Below are positions 1 through 10,900 of a stretch of DNA of 64,000 nucleotides, piece after piece (position 1 is the first letter of the stretch; each line of letters begins with the position of its first letter). The DNA is taken from positions 11,235 through 75,234 of IMG/VR virus record IMGVR_UViG_3300037485_001404, one strand, 5' to 3'. Below the pieces are notes generated by a model. That model was not told where the DNA came from and searched no databases. It was given only the letters and a program-made list of their open reading frames with translations. Source of the DNA: a virus. Made by a program: the position numbers and the translations under genes.

Positions 1-3000
1 GCTCATCCTTCTCTGAGAATTCTTTCAGATAGTCAAAGTCTTTATTCGCTTCGTCAACTATTCTTTGGTAATACTTTGCTCTCTCCTTCGGAGGAAGCTT
101 AGATATATGGTCAGCATCGTATTGTCTTCGGAGTTCTGTATGCCTTGCTATAAACCCTCTTTTATTGTTATTGGTATAGATACCTTGAGTGTTCTCATTT
201 TCTACCATAAACATCTGCTGAATAACCTTACCCTTGCTGGTAAGGTAGTGCCCACCTTCGTATCCTCTATGCCCGTCGTAGAAGCCCGAGAATCCAGCCA
301 TACCATCTATCTTCTTAAGGGCTAAGGTGACATCTTCTCCCCAGTTCAGAATAGCTCTATGGCGAGAGGACACACGCTGACTCCATATCTTATAGATCGC
401 TCTATCGCCTTTTCTATTATCTTCTGCGAATGTAGCAAGGCCCTGGACTGAGGCATAGCCTGTCCTAACTGCCATCTCATGCTCGCCCATAGTAGCTGTC
501 CACCAGCCTTCATAGGCACTGCGATTAAGCTCTTTGAGCTTCGCTTCGGCACTAACCTGGAGCCGTGTCAGGTTGAGATAGCCTCTCTGCAAATCCTTCC
601 AAGCATCAAAGGCATTGGTAGGGACGAGAAATTGAGCTAGAAGCATTTCCTTGTCCATCTCTTTACCAAAGATCTGTTGGTGCATCTCCGATAACCCTTC
701 CAGCATTCCTTCTGGCAAGTGTGTCAGAGCAGCTTTAATATTTGAGATGTGAGCTTCCATCACGTTTCTATACTCTGCCGGATTCTCTATCTTGCGGAGC
801 TTATATGCCAAACCCCCTGTCAATTCCATGAACATTTCATATTTACGCTCATGACTGAATGGCATATTCTCTGTGAAATCATTCCAGAGAGGAGATAAAT
901 CTCTCATAGCTCGGATAGCGGAGGTTCTGAATCTCTCAATGTTGAATTCATTGATAGCGTGAGAAGCCTTAGCTAATGCGGTGAAGAAAGAATCTGAATC
1001 CCCGTATTCGACTACATTCTTAACTGATTTCTCTATATCTAGAACCCAAGACCTCTCCCTATTGTACTGCTTCAATGCTTTATGAAATAGAGTTGTGGAA
1101 GAGGTGTACCCTTTGGCGGTATTCTTAAGTTCTTCTTTAACCATTCTAAGTTGGTCTTCAAAAGCTTTAATATCTTGAGGTCTATCGCCCATAGCGGATT
1201 CTTCTATAAGGCTTTCGATATCCGATTTCTGCTTTCTAAGATTTGCGCCTGTCACTGTGTCAGTTAGCTCTTTGTACTCAGCGGTGAGGTTCTCAGGAAT
1301 AGCTCTCCCCATAGTCATATGGTTTGATATCTTTTCCAGATTGACCAGCATCTTTCCTTCGTTTTCAGCAGGGAAAGATTTATCAGTCAATAAGTCTCTG
1401 TGATGCTCAATGATATTAGAATGAATATCGGGTTGATCGTTCCCATTCTTGAAGATATAATTGACAAGATTGGATGGTCTGTAGGAAGATTGACTTGAGA
1501 GTCTTCTCTGCTTTACAGCGTACTGAGATTGGGTTATTGAATCCTCCATGGAAGAAAGAATCATTTTCTCTCTGTCAATATCCATCAATCTTTGTTTCTT
1601 ATTCCATACCTCGACGACTCTTTTTGTTCTCCTAACTGCTCCTCTGAATCCCTCCGAGGTCCCTTTCATCTCATAAAGCTTGGTGAGCTTCTTTGTCACC
1701 TGCTCTTTGGTGAAATTAGATTGTGTCCTGAAAGCATCACGGAGAGTAGCATTGATCTCTACTGCAGTTCTAATGATTTCATCGTTGCCACCAGAGTTCT
1801 TGAGAATGGCCTTCAGTCCCTTGTCAGCCATTCGATAGGATTGCTTGATATCCTCTGCTCTCCTACCTAGCTTCTCTACAGTCTTTATTCCAGCAGGGAT
1901 ATTCAATTCCATACTGGATACGCCTTCAAGGATTCCAGCGTTCTTTCTTTTGTTCAACTGTCTTGATACGTCATCTGTCTCAGAGTTGAGAAAGTTGTTG
2001 AACATATCAACCATGACTTTTCTTCGTACATCATTGACACCAACTCTACCTATGAATTCCTCCATTGGAGTGTGGATGCTTTCATGGTTCTCTTTCACAT
2101 AATCCAATAGCTCTTTGGTGTCAGAAGCTCTTCGGTACATTTCTCTCTTAGCTTCTTGGATATCCCTCATGGATGCTTTATATCCAGGCTCTGCTGTTCT
2201 GCCTTCATAGGCAGATTCTATTTTACTCACTCTATTCTGATACGCGAAGTTGATTGCATTGGCATTTCTGTAGCTCTCAGGTGTCTGACCTGCTACCTCT
2301 AAAAGATGAACATCGATCATCTTCTTAATCTCAGGATCGTCTACTCCGATATCAAGAGCTGTTTGAAGCATATCTGGACTGGTGTCTAGTTTGGTTTCGA
2401 TTCTTTCCTTGAGTCTATTAGCTCTGGTTACGTTTACTAGTTCATCCTTAATAAGCTTCTGAGGTACCCCTTTTATCAGAGGTATTTCCATTTCGCCCGA
2501 TAAAGTTCTTTCTGCGGTTCCCCTGGAATAGAGATCTTGTGCTATGAGTCTAGCTTGCTTCTGACTCTTAGGTGTGAAGTCATATCCATGTAAAGCGCCT
2601 CCAGCTCCTTGAAGAATTGCAGGCAGCGCAGTATCCAAGACACCCATCCCATCTTGCGGGTATTCCCGTAGGAATGCCCCCTCTGTGGCTTGGGTGAGTG
2701 CAGCCATAGCGCGAGGATGATTTCTCATGGCTCTTATAGCTGCAGCAATCTTTCCAGATGATTTGGACATGTTGACTATAGCTTCTGCCTTAAGAACTTG
2801 TTCTGCTAGAACCGTTGTAGGTGAAGCATATTTCCCGAGCTTAGATGCCATAGACATCATTGAGAGGTCATCGTAGAAACCATTTCTAGTAGCGTAGATA
2901 AAAGTGTCAGTTACTTGGTCCTGAAACTTTTCCCAGACTTTCTTGTTGACAGATTCAATGCTCTCTCCAGGCTCTACAATTACCGTAGTGCCGTTGAAAT

Positions 3001-3916
3001 TCATTTCTTTGTCATCATCGAGAACGTCAATCTCTTTCTTTCTATCCCCTGCGAAATCTATTCCTTCTGGTACCGGAACATAGTCATAGGTTCCTCTTGC
3101 CCATCCCACCAAAGCAAGGGGTGCATTGGCAACTATATGATCCATCAACTGAGCGCCGGATTTGATAAGAGTACCTAGGTGCTCTGTATCTGGGAATAGT
3201 GGATCCCCCCGTTTGAAGTGAGCTTTATTCTCAGCGACATTCATTATTCTCTGTCTGAGCTGAAGACCTTTAGATTCACTATCAGGAATACCTGCCGCTT
3301 TCTCTGCATCCACGATTTGTCTGGTCAAAGCATCGGCAAGGATTTCATCCTTGTTTGCTTGGATCATATTAGTCTTAATCAATTGCTGCAGGTCTACTTC
3401 ACCTTTTGGACCTATCTGTAAATCTTGGATGTCCACAGTTTGCGGTGGAGGGAGATCTTCTTCATCCTCGTCTTTATCTATCGCTTTCCCTGAACTCACA
3501 AGGTCCTTAGCAATACCCCAAGCCCCTACCGCAGCTTTTCCTATCCCCCTGAATGCTGGACCCAGTACATGCTTTTCTATACCTCCTTCATCTGGGTTAA
3601 TAAGCCAATCAGGAGATACGAAGGGTAGCTCAGCTCTGCGTTCACTTTCTGCTTGCATAATAGCTTGCTGGTGAGGTCTTAGAATATGTTTACCCGGTTC
3701 AGGCTTTCCACCTTCTACCTTTTGCATAGCTTGTGCAATTTCATTGACCGGAGCTGCTTCTGTTTCAACTGCTGCCGGTGTGGGAGTAGCAACAGGCTTC
3801 TTTGGTTTAATTGCTTCGGGAGTAGCTTCTACTCCCATAGCTTTAGAGATCTCGTCTTGAATGGTTTCCTCTCCCGATTGAGAGGCTGTTTCATCTTGGT
3901 TCAGTTCTTCTTCCAC
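1..3916 (-). CDS. Very large (>1300 aa) putative internal virion/ejection protein, partial (runs off left edge)
   Basis: Not in the ORF track because it has no stop in the window. GTG at 3916 follows GAGAGG and reads (M)EEELNQDETASQSGEETIQDEISKAMG...; the same frame is open at positions 2-190. Last gene of the virion operon. Confidence 0.75.
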   Translation of the reverse strand, partial: MEEELNQDETASQSGEETIQDEISKAMGVEATPEAIKPKKPVATPTPAAVETEAAPVNEIAQAMQKVEGGKPEPGKHILRPHQQAIMQAESERRAELPFVSPDWLINPDEGGIEKHVLGPAFRGIGKAAVGAWGIAKDLVSSGKAIDKDEDEEDLPPPQTVDIQDLQIGPKGEVDLQQLIKTNMIQANKDEILADALTRQIVDAEKAAGIPDSESKGLQLRQRIMNVAENKAHFKRGDPLFPDTEHLGTLIKSGAQLMDHIVANAPLALVGWARGTYDYVPVPEGIDFAGDRKKEIDVLDDDKEMNFNGTTVIVEPGESIESVNKKVWEKFQDQVTDTFIYATRNGFYDDLSMMSMASKLGKYASPTTVLAEQVLKAEAIVNMSKSSGKIAAAIRAMRNHPRAMAALTQATEGAFLREYPQDGMGVLDTALPAILQGAGGALHGYDFTPKSQKQARLIAQDLYSRGTAERTLSGEMEIPLIKGVPQKLIKDELVNVTRANRLKERIETKLDTSPDMLQTALDIGVDDPEIKKMIDVHLLEVAGQTPESYRNANAINFAYQNRVSKIESAYEGRTAEPGYKASMRDIQEAKREMYRRASDTKELLDYVKENHESIHTPMEEFIGRVGVNDVRRKVMVDMFNNFLNSETDDVSRQLNKRKNAGILEGVSSMELNIPAGIKTVEKLGRRAEDIKQSYRMADKGLKAILKNSGGNDEIIRTAVEINATLRDAFRTQSNFTKEQVTKKLTKLYEMKGTSEGFRGAVRRTKRVVEVWNKKQRLMDIDREKMILSSMEDSITQSQYAVKQRRLSSQSSYRPSNLVNYIFKNGNDQPDIHSNIIEHHRDLLTDKSFPAENEGKMLVNLEKISNHMTMGRAIPENLTAEYKELTDTVTGANLRKQKSDIESLIEESAMGDRPQDIKAFEDQLRMVKEELKNTAKGYTSSTTLFHKALKQYNRERSWVLDIEKSVKNVVEYGDSDSFFTALAKASHAINEFNIERFRTSAIRAMRDLSPLWNDFTENMPFSHERKYEMFMELTGGLAYKLRKIENPAEYRNVMEAHISNIKAALTHLPEGMLEGLSEMHQQIFGKEMDKEMLLAQFLVPTNAFDAWKDLQRGYLNLTRLQVSAEAKLKELNRSAYEGWWTATMGEHEMAVRTGYASVQGLATFAEDNRKGDRAIYKIWSQRVSSRHRAILNWGEDVTLALKKIDGMAGFSGFYDGHRGYEGGHYLTSKGKVIQQMFMVENENTQGIYTNNNKRGFIARHTELRRQYDADHISKLPPKERAKYYQRIVDEANKDFDYLKEFSEKDE

Positions 3917-3941
3917 TGGTAGTACCTCTCAACGGGAATAG

Positions 3942-5348
3942 TCAATTGGGTGCCTGACGGGTAGGTGTTGCGCCTTCGACTTGAGGAGTTCCCACTTCAG
4001 ATTCAAGTGCAGGCCATCCAAATCCAGCTCCCATGTACTGATTGATTCTAGCCCTGTGTTGATTTACTGCGGTTTCATTTCCTGCGGGGTAATTGCCTCG
4101 AAGGTCACTGAAGATCCTTGTCAACGCAGCTTTCATTCCAGCTTTTCGTTGAAGATCCGTGACTGGTTTACCTGCTGATGCCTTATTGACTTCGGCTTCA
4201 GCAAATGCCCATACAGATTCTGGAGATAGGTTTGGGATACCTCTGGTACGTGCTTTCAACTCTTGAAGGGACAAAGCTCCTTCAGGGGCCTGTGCCTTAG
4301 CTAGCAATGCCATATTGTCTGAAATGGCTTTGCGTTGCTCAGGCGCTTGTGGCTGTCTGAACTGTACCTTCGGTACAGCAGCATTGGCATTCCTCGGGCT
4401 TGGTGCAATAGGAGGAATAATGTACGTGGCACCTTGAGTTGTGCCTTGCTTATCCCCGGTAACAGTCTGACGGAGAATCCCAGTATCCATAAGAGTCTTG
4501 AGAATCCTTTGGACTTGTTCCTCAGTATTACCAGCTTCTCTGAGAGATTTCTCAAGCATTGCCGTTTTATTTGCAATGCCTTGTTCTGTTGATTTCCCTT
4601 CTCCCTCTAATCTCTTACCGAGAACGGTCTTGGATTCATCCGCTCCTTGCTGAGCATTGTAAGCATCGGTAGGTTGGAATTTAGATCCGACATCAAGATG
4701 GGTCATTCCTCCAACGGTACCGGCTGTCATCTTGCCGAGATTCTGGATAATGAGATCCCACATCTCACGTTTTCTATTCACGTCTGCTTCATTGCGATAA
4801 TCCTGAATAGCTGAGTGCATATTAGCTCGTTGGCTAGCAATATCACCGCCGATTGAGTTCTGTGTCCCGGAGATAGCGGATTGTGCCCAACGTCCTTGAG
4901 CATCAGTAGGTGAAGGTAGTCCAGGTGCAGGTGGGGTAATTAGCCTGCCAGCTTCTGTGGCCGCTGCCTGTGCTGCAGGTGCCATTTCTTTTTCAGTAAT
5001 AGTGGTAGATTTAGAGTCTGAAGATCCAGCCTTACCAGTGCCTCCAGGAACCACACCTTTTCCAGGTACTCCAGGGGTATTCTCTTTCGCCTTTGCAGCG
5101 AGACCTGAAGCAGGTGCCGCACCTGTAGCAGCAGGAACAGCTCTGGTCTTAGAAGCAGGTGCCGTAGTAGTCTTGCTCACAGACGGAGTAGCAGCAGGTA
5201 TTGACCTAGCTTTTGAGGGAGCCGGAGTAGGAGCTGTTGCAGGCTCTCCGCTAGGAGGAAATTCTTGCCAAACCCAAGAGCCATCAGGTTGCTTGACTTT
5301 GTATCCCCATTTCTGCGTGGTAGGGTCTTTAGCTTTAGTCCATGCCAT
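3942..5348 (-). CDS. Putative internal virion protein (Ala/Pro/Thr-rich N-terminus)
   Basis: 468-aa ORF with GGAGA RBS, inside the virion operon. Confidence 0.65.
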   Translation of the reverse strand: MAWTKAKDPTTQKWGYKVKQPDGSWVWQEFPPSGEPATAPTPAPSKARSIPAATPSVSKTTTAPASKTRAVPAATGAAPASGLAAKAKENTPGVPGKGVVPGGTGKAGSSDSKSTTITEKEMAPAAQAAATEAGRLITPPAPGLPSPTDAQGRWAQSAISGTQNSIGGDIASQRANMHSAIQDYRNEADVNRKREMWDLIIQNLGKMTAGTVGGMTHLDVGSKFQPTDAYNAQQGADESKTVLGKRLEGEGKSTEQGIANKTAMLEKSLREAGNTEEQVQRILKTLMDTGILRQTVTGDKQGTTQGATYIIPPIAPSPRNANAAVPKVQFRQPQAPEQRKAISDNMALLAKAQAPEGALSLQELKARTRGIPNLSPESVWAFAEAEVNKASAGKPVTDLQRKAGMKAALTRIFSDLRGNYPAGNETAVNQHRARINQYMGAGFGWPALESEVGTPQVEGATPTRQAPN

Positions 5349-5359
5349 GATTTTATCTC

Positions 5360-6208
5360 CTATGTATTCGATGCGGAATTTACTGTCCTACCAACTTTAG
5401 TTCCTGTAGCACCTCCAGCAGCAGCTCCTGCCGGACCTCCATAATAGCCACCAACTACTGCACCGATCACGCCAAAAGCACCAGATAGAATAGATGCAAG
5501 ATTTCCGGCTTTAGCTTGAGCTTCCGCAGCCTTTTTAGCCAGATTGAGTATCCTGTTCATTCTGGACTTGGCACCTTCTATGTTCTTATTGGCAACGTCT
5601 ATTTCAAGCTGCCCTTTAAGAGCCGCCATTTCTACATCGAATTTCTCTTTGTACCCAGCAGCTTCTAGCTTCAATTTCCCTTCGAGTCTTTGAATATCAT
5701 CTTTATTCGCTCTACCTGCTTGGAGATCTTGATATAGTTTTTGCATCCCAATATCTGAGATGTAAGCATTCTGGTGTAGAGCCAATTCTCCACCTTGGAT
5801 ACCTAAGTCAAATGCTTTGATTGCCAGAGCTGTTGCTGCCTCTTCTTTGGCATCGGCAGTCTTTCTAAGATATCTTGTCAGTGCAGAAGTCTGTCTGCCT
5901 GCAAGCATATCCTCTTTCATTTTTGAACCCTGGATATTGAGGGTATCTTGTTCCTTGCCCTGAGTAGGTAACATCTCTGCTGCCTTCATTTGGGCTTCTT
6001 CCATCGCAGCACTGGTCTTCTCTGGTGTTCCCATCCTGGCATTCTGAGCTGCTGCCTTGGATACATCTTCTACTAATTGACCGCGCTGTATTTGACGCTG
6101 TTCTTTTGCTTCTGGCTGTGCAATATTGATGAACTTGTCATACGCTTTCTCACGCATCCTAGTTGCGGTATCAGGATCTACCCCGAAATCTTGAAACTCA
6201 ATCGCCAT
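5360..6208 (-). CDS. Putative ejection/pilot protein
   Basis: Helical Ala/Gln/Lys-rich body with a Gly-rich hydrophobic C-terminus (GAFGVIGAVVGGYYGGPAGAAAGG). Confidence 0.6.
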   Translation of the reverse strand: MAIEFQDFGVDPDTATRMREKAYDKFINIAQPEAKEQRQIQRGQLVEDVSKAAAQNARMGTPEKTSAAMEEAQMKAAEMLPTQGKEQDTLNIQGSKMKEDMLAGRQTSALTRYLRKTADAKEEAATALAIKAFDLGIQGGELALHQNAYISDIGMQKLYQDLQAGRANKDDIQRLEGKLKLEAAGYKEKFDVEMAALKGQLEIDVANKNIEGAKSRMNRILNLAKKAAEAQAKAGNLASILSGAFGVIGAVVGGYYGGPAGAAAGGATGTKVGRTVNSASNT

Positions 6209-6905
6209 TAGATATCTCCTCTAGCCCAGGGAGGTTGAAAAACTCTAGTGCGGAGATACCTTTCGACAAAGCATAATAATAGCTTTGATTCCTTTTACCT
6301 GTCAGTCTGTAAAGGTCTGTCAAAAGTATTCTCCCCCCGTTCAGGGTGAATTCCACATTCTGCCTAGTATTTCGGCTTTGCAGGGTTCTCGGAATCCAGA
6401 CGCAGTTATCCTTAGAATACCCCTTAGAGTTGTCTACCCGCTCTATGCTCATGTCTTCCGAAGGGGGATACCCCATATCTGAAATAAATGTGCCAAAATC
6501 TTCCCACTCTTTGCAAACAGAGATACCTCTGCCACCGTATCTATCAAATGAAGCATTCGCGGGGTCTGAACATCTCCTCCACATGTTCCTGAAAGCCGCA
6601 GCAGCCTTCTTAGAGAGCCCTGTTGCGTTAAGAGTTATAAACTTGCCAGACAAGAACTGTGATTCTTTATAGGACTCAAGATTATTTTTCTGTTTCTCTG
6701 TGGCGAGACATCCACATGACTGAGTGCGCCCTAGGACGACATTTCTCAATTGCGTATCCTTAGTCTTGCCGCAAGAACAAATAAACCCGCCTCTCCACCT
6801 AGTAACACCAGAATTATTTCTGTGCATATACACTAGCTGACAAGTGAGTCTTCCATATTCCTTCCCTAGACTATCCGTAGCTTTAATGTGGTCTGAAGAG
6901 ATCAT
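6198..6905 (-). CDS. HNH-type homing endonuclease-like protein
   Basis: CSCG...SCGC, MWRRC, RYGGRGISVCKEW, SIERVDNSKGYSKDNCVW...NTR motifs typical of phage HNH-like proteins. Confidence 0.85.
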   Translation of the reverse strand: MISSDHIKATDSLGKEYGRLTCQLVYMHRNNSGVTRWRGGFICSCGKTKDTQLRNVVLGRTQSCGCLATEKQKNNLESYKESQFLSGKFITLNATGLSKKAAAAFRNMWRRCSDPANASFDRYGGRGISVCKEWEDFGTFISDMGYPPSEDMSIERVDNSKGYSKDNCVWIPRTLQSRNTRQNVEFTLNGGRILLTDLYRLTGKRNQSYYYALSKGISALEFFNLPGLEEISNGD

Positions 6906-7231
6906 ATTTCACTCCCCGACAACACCATTTCAGAATATTGTTCAGGCTGTTTAGCCTTACCTTGCAGTGTCATCATATGCCGCAACATCCTCTGTCTAGG
7001 AGTCAGCTCTGGGCTTGGTTGCACATTGGCTTGCTCCTGTGCCTGAGGTGTCTGCAGTGCTGCATTGAATGCCGATGGCCTAATTGGTTTATTAGGATTT
7101 GGCGTTCCTTCCATTCCCTCCATAGGGAGAGGGGGAGTAGGCTCTTCTGGATCGCCTTGTTCCCTAGTTCCCGGTCTGGTAATGAATGCCGGATTTTTCA
7201 TTTGTTCAAGGATCTCTCTTAACCTACTCAT
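6902..7231 (-). CDS. Hypothetical protein (Pro/Gln-rich)
   Basis: 109 aa, 4-bp overlaps with both neighbours. Confidence 0.65.
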   Translation of the reverse strand: MSRLREILEQMKNPAFITRPGTREQGDPEEPTPPLPMEGMEGTPNPNKPIRPSAFNAALQTPQAQEQANVQPSPELTPRQRMLRHMMTLQGKAKQPEQYSEMVLSGSEI

Positions 7232-7947
7232 GATAGATACCCCGCAGCCGCAGACCCTATGCCGAAGAGTCCACTAATAAAGGATGATAGATTATTGCCC
7301 TTAGCTTCAATCTCCTTCAAAATCATATCCCTCTCAAGACCGCCAATGGCAGTTATATCCTGCAATTGATTATTCAAATCAGTTTTCAGTAGGGTGAAAT
7401 ACCTGTCCAAGTCTGCAGTGTCTAGCTGTCCCTGTTGAGCGATGGCAAGCAGATCCATTTCTAGAATGCCTTTGTTGTAAGCATCATTCATAGAGTCTAT
7501 TCTATCAGCGGCGTTCTGGAAAGAGGAGAACTCTATTTTATTCAGAGCTTCCTTTCCCTGCTGCTGAGTCTCTCGTTGTTTGAGATTTGCCCCAACTTCA
7601 AGCTGTCGTTGCTTTTCAGGAATATCAGTCTTGAGCTTTGAGCGATCATACAATGCAGAGCGTACTTTTTCTGCAAAATCTCCAGTACGTTCATCAATCG
7701 ATTTAGATAGATCGTATGCTCCCGTGGTGGCTTGTTTCCTTCTATCATATTCCCCTGCATCGTACTTATTCTCTGCTGCGATATCTGCAGATGCACTAGG
7801 CTTAGCTGTTGATAGTCTAGTTCCAACTCCGCCGTACTGCTTGTTCGCTGCTTCTGTAGCCTGTTGCATCATCCTACGGATAGCAGAGTATTCCTGCGGA
7901 TCTTTTTCTGCTGTGCTTGCCATTACATCTGACGTAAATGCTGCCAT
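7228..7947 (-). CDS. Putative ejection/internal virion protein
   Basis: 239 aa, helical; C-terminus GNNLSSFISGLFGIGSAAAG resembles that of 5360-6208. Confidence 0.6.
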   Translation of the reverse strand: MAAFTSDVMASTAEKDPQEYSAIRRMMQQATEAANKQYGGVGTRLSTAKPSASADIAAENKYDAGEYDRRKQATTGAYDLSKSIDERTGDFAEKVRSALYDRSKLKTDIPEKQRQLEVGANLKQRETQQQGKEALNKIEFSSFQNAADRIDSMNDAYNKGILEMDLLAIAQQGQLDTADLDRYFTLLKTDLNNQLQDITAIGGLERDMILKEIEAKGNNLSSFISGLFGIGSAAAGYLS

Positions 7948-10900
7948 TACGTGTTCCTCCCTTCCGCTCTTCTACTGCCACCACCAATGGATTTGTCTCT
8001 ACCGCCGGATTGCTCTCCTCCCGAAGAACTTCTGTTTTTAGGGGTATTGCGCTCTCTGTAAGGATCCTCTTCCTCTTCCGTGATATCAGTCTCTTTTGCT
8101 GTAGTTCCCCAGGGGACTTGGGGAACGTAGGCATCCGGTACTTCCTCCGCTCTCCATGCTCTCGCTGCTTCTTCTGCCGCCGCTACACGTTCTGCTTCAG
8201 CCGCTGCTACTGCATTTTCAACTATAGCTCTGACAGCACTGTTCCCGCCATAGGGATCGGCAACAGCTACTGTGTTCGAGCTGGCGGCTGCTATACGTGC
8301 TGCCTCTTTATCTTCTGCTACTTTTTTCTCGGACGCTATCAGTGAATTTCTTGCAGCTTCCTCTGCTGCTGCTTCCGCTGCTCGAATGGATGCGCCGGAT
8401 GCCGCTGCTGCTGCAAAAGCTTCATCAGATGCTGTCTTAGCTGCAGCCTTGGCTGCATCTCTTTCATCTGCTTCCTTCTCTTTTTGTTTAATGAAAGCAT
8501 CCCATTTAGCATCTTCGGCTGCTTTATCAGTAGCTGCTTTATCAGTAGCTGCTTTATCAGTAGCTGCTTTATCTTCGGCTGCTTTAGCAGCCGCTGCTCT
8601 TGACTTTTCCAAGAATTCTGCAAGAGAACCTGAGTCGGCAGTAGGACTTCCTACTGGTCCCGGAGTAGCAGGTGCAACCTCCAATCCCTCCTCTTCTCCT
8701 TCTCTGTGCATAGTTCTCTCAGTATCAGCTTCTTGTTCAGCGTCTACCGCTCGCTCTGTTTCATCTGTATCGGATGTCTCTTTTTCATCGCCCCATTTAA
8801 TTGGAGTATCTTCTACCTCTGCGTCTACTTTCAACTGTTCAGTAGCTTCCTCTCCAAAGGTATCCTTGTATTCCTGCTCAGACATACCAGGATTTATTTC
8901 TTTTTTTGGCTTCTCTTCAACCGTTTGTTGTTTATCTATTCTCTCTCTAGGAGGTTTTTCGTCAACGGTTGTTGTAGTCGTAGTCTTTGTCTCTGGAACC
9001 ACAGGAGGAGCTGTAATTCCGATATCTGCCGTTTCAGGTCCTTGAACTCCAACTCTTACTGGACCATATTCTTGAGCTGCCACAGGAATATTGAATTCAG
9101 TAATAATGCCAGTCAGGATTGCTTCATCCAATGGCTGATACTTTCCATCTCCCATTTTAACATAGGGAACGCCATTGATTTGAGAGATGCTAGCAGGGTC
9201 TATCTTGAGAGACTGAAGGACTTCAGGTTGAACCCCAAGCGTCATTCCTGCCGTACCCAGTTCTTGTTGTTTCCCTGTCTCCAGAGCATACTTCATGAGT
9301 TGGTCTGGACTGAATATACTCCCATCAAACTTATTGGCCATATTGTCTATCGTTGCACCTGTGGTAGTAGTTTCAGCCTTAGCTGCTTTAGCCTTAGCAA
9401 GACCATCATCAATGGCTTTCCTATTCAGGTCTGCTTGCTCAATTCTAAGTCTCAATGCAGCTTGCCATGGTTGACTCTCTGCAGGTCCCTCTGGTATTGG
9501 AAGCTTTCTTGCTTGAAGAATGTACCTTTGGAAAATCTCTGAGAGTTTATCTGGCGGCAATTGTTGAAATGCTTTAATTCTATCAGTAATGCCTAGCAAC
9601 TCAGAAGTATCTCCAGACCTAATGGCTGACTCTATAGCAGAGGTGTAGGTGCTAGCATTAACCGCAACTCCAGCAGACTGAAGAATCAAATTATACAGCT
9701 CTGGTGATTGTTCTTGAATTGACTTTATTGCATCTCGGTATGAGTACGACATTGCAATATCGCCAAGTTCTTTCGGATCAATCTTTCCAGATGCAATTGA
9801 GGCTGCTACAACAGGATTGACACCTAATCCTTTTCTGTACAGATCGAACCCAGAACCCAAGGTTGTTACCACCTGGCGCGAGATCTCGCCTGGTAGATTG
9901 CTCAGAAAACTCGCATTTGTGTCTGACAAACCTTTGAGCCTACCACCTGTCAGTTCACCTTTTTCGTCAAAGGTGGCTTCTTTGTCGATAGCTTCATTTC
10001 TTTTGGTCAAGTTATCCTTGGCTGTCTTGATGCTTTGATCATAGCGGGTTTTTATTTCCCGAGCTTTGCTGAAAATCTCACTAGCTTTACCTTCGATAAG
10101 ACCTGGGTTGTCCTTCAAAGTTTGAGCTACTTGATTCTGCTTTTGCTCATCCGACATTTTACTCCAGGTAGCATCGTCTATGCCCATTGCAGATCTCACG
10201 GCATTCTCTGTGAGACTTCCGGCAAATGTTTTCAAAGATTCGACGAGGCTCGTTTTCATTGTTTCAAGTCCGGCATCCAAGTTGTTAGTCCTTGTTGCTT
10301 CTGCAATACCTGCCTGAACAATCGAACCAATAGTCTGTCCTGGATTCACCGCCATTTGCTTGACAAGGGTTTTAAGCTCCGCCTGTTTCTGTTCAGGCGT
10401 AAGCTTTGGATCGTTCATAACTCTGAGGATATCGAGTTGCTGTCTAGCATCCGGGGAAATTTGGACTTCCCTGTCCTTCCCCTGAGAGTCCTTCGTCACT
10501 ACAGTAATCGATCCTGTTTGCTGCAGTGAATTCAGCCAGGAGAATAGTTGATTCCCTGTCTGCTCTCCAGCCTTTCCGATAAACTTGGTAATCTCCTTTC
10601 TTTGATCAGCACTCATGCCACTATCCGGGTCATTAAGCATACTGTACAAAGTACCGGAAAGGTTTCCACCTTGAACTGCTTCTGCCCACATTTGAGCTTC
10701 GATGGTTTTACCGCTTTTCTGCAAATCATCGACAATAGCTTTGCCGATAGCAGTAAAACTATCTTCATATTTCTTGCGTGCATCGGCGAACTGGCCTCCA
10801 GCTTCATCGACAAAAGATTCAAACCCAGCACTCATTTGATTTCGGATTGCTTCTTTTTTTCTATTTGATTCTCTGATATCAGCCGATTCAGTGTCGAACA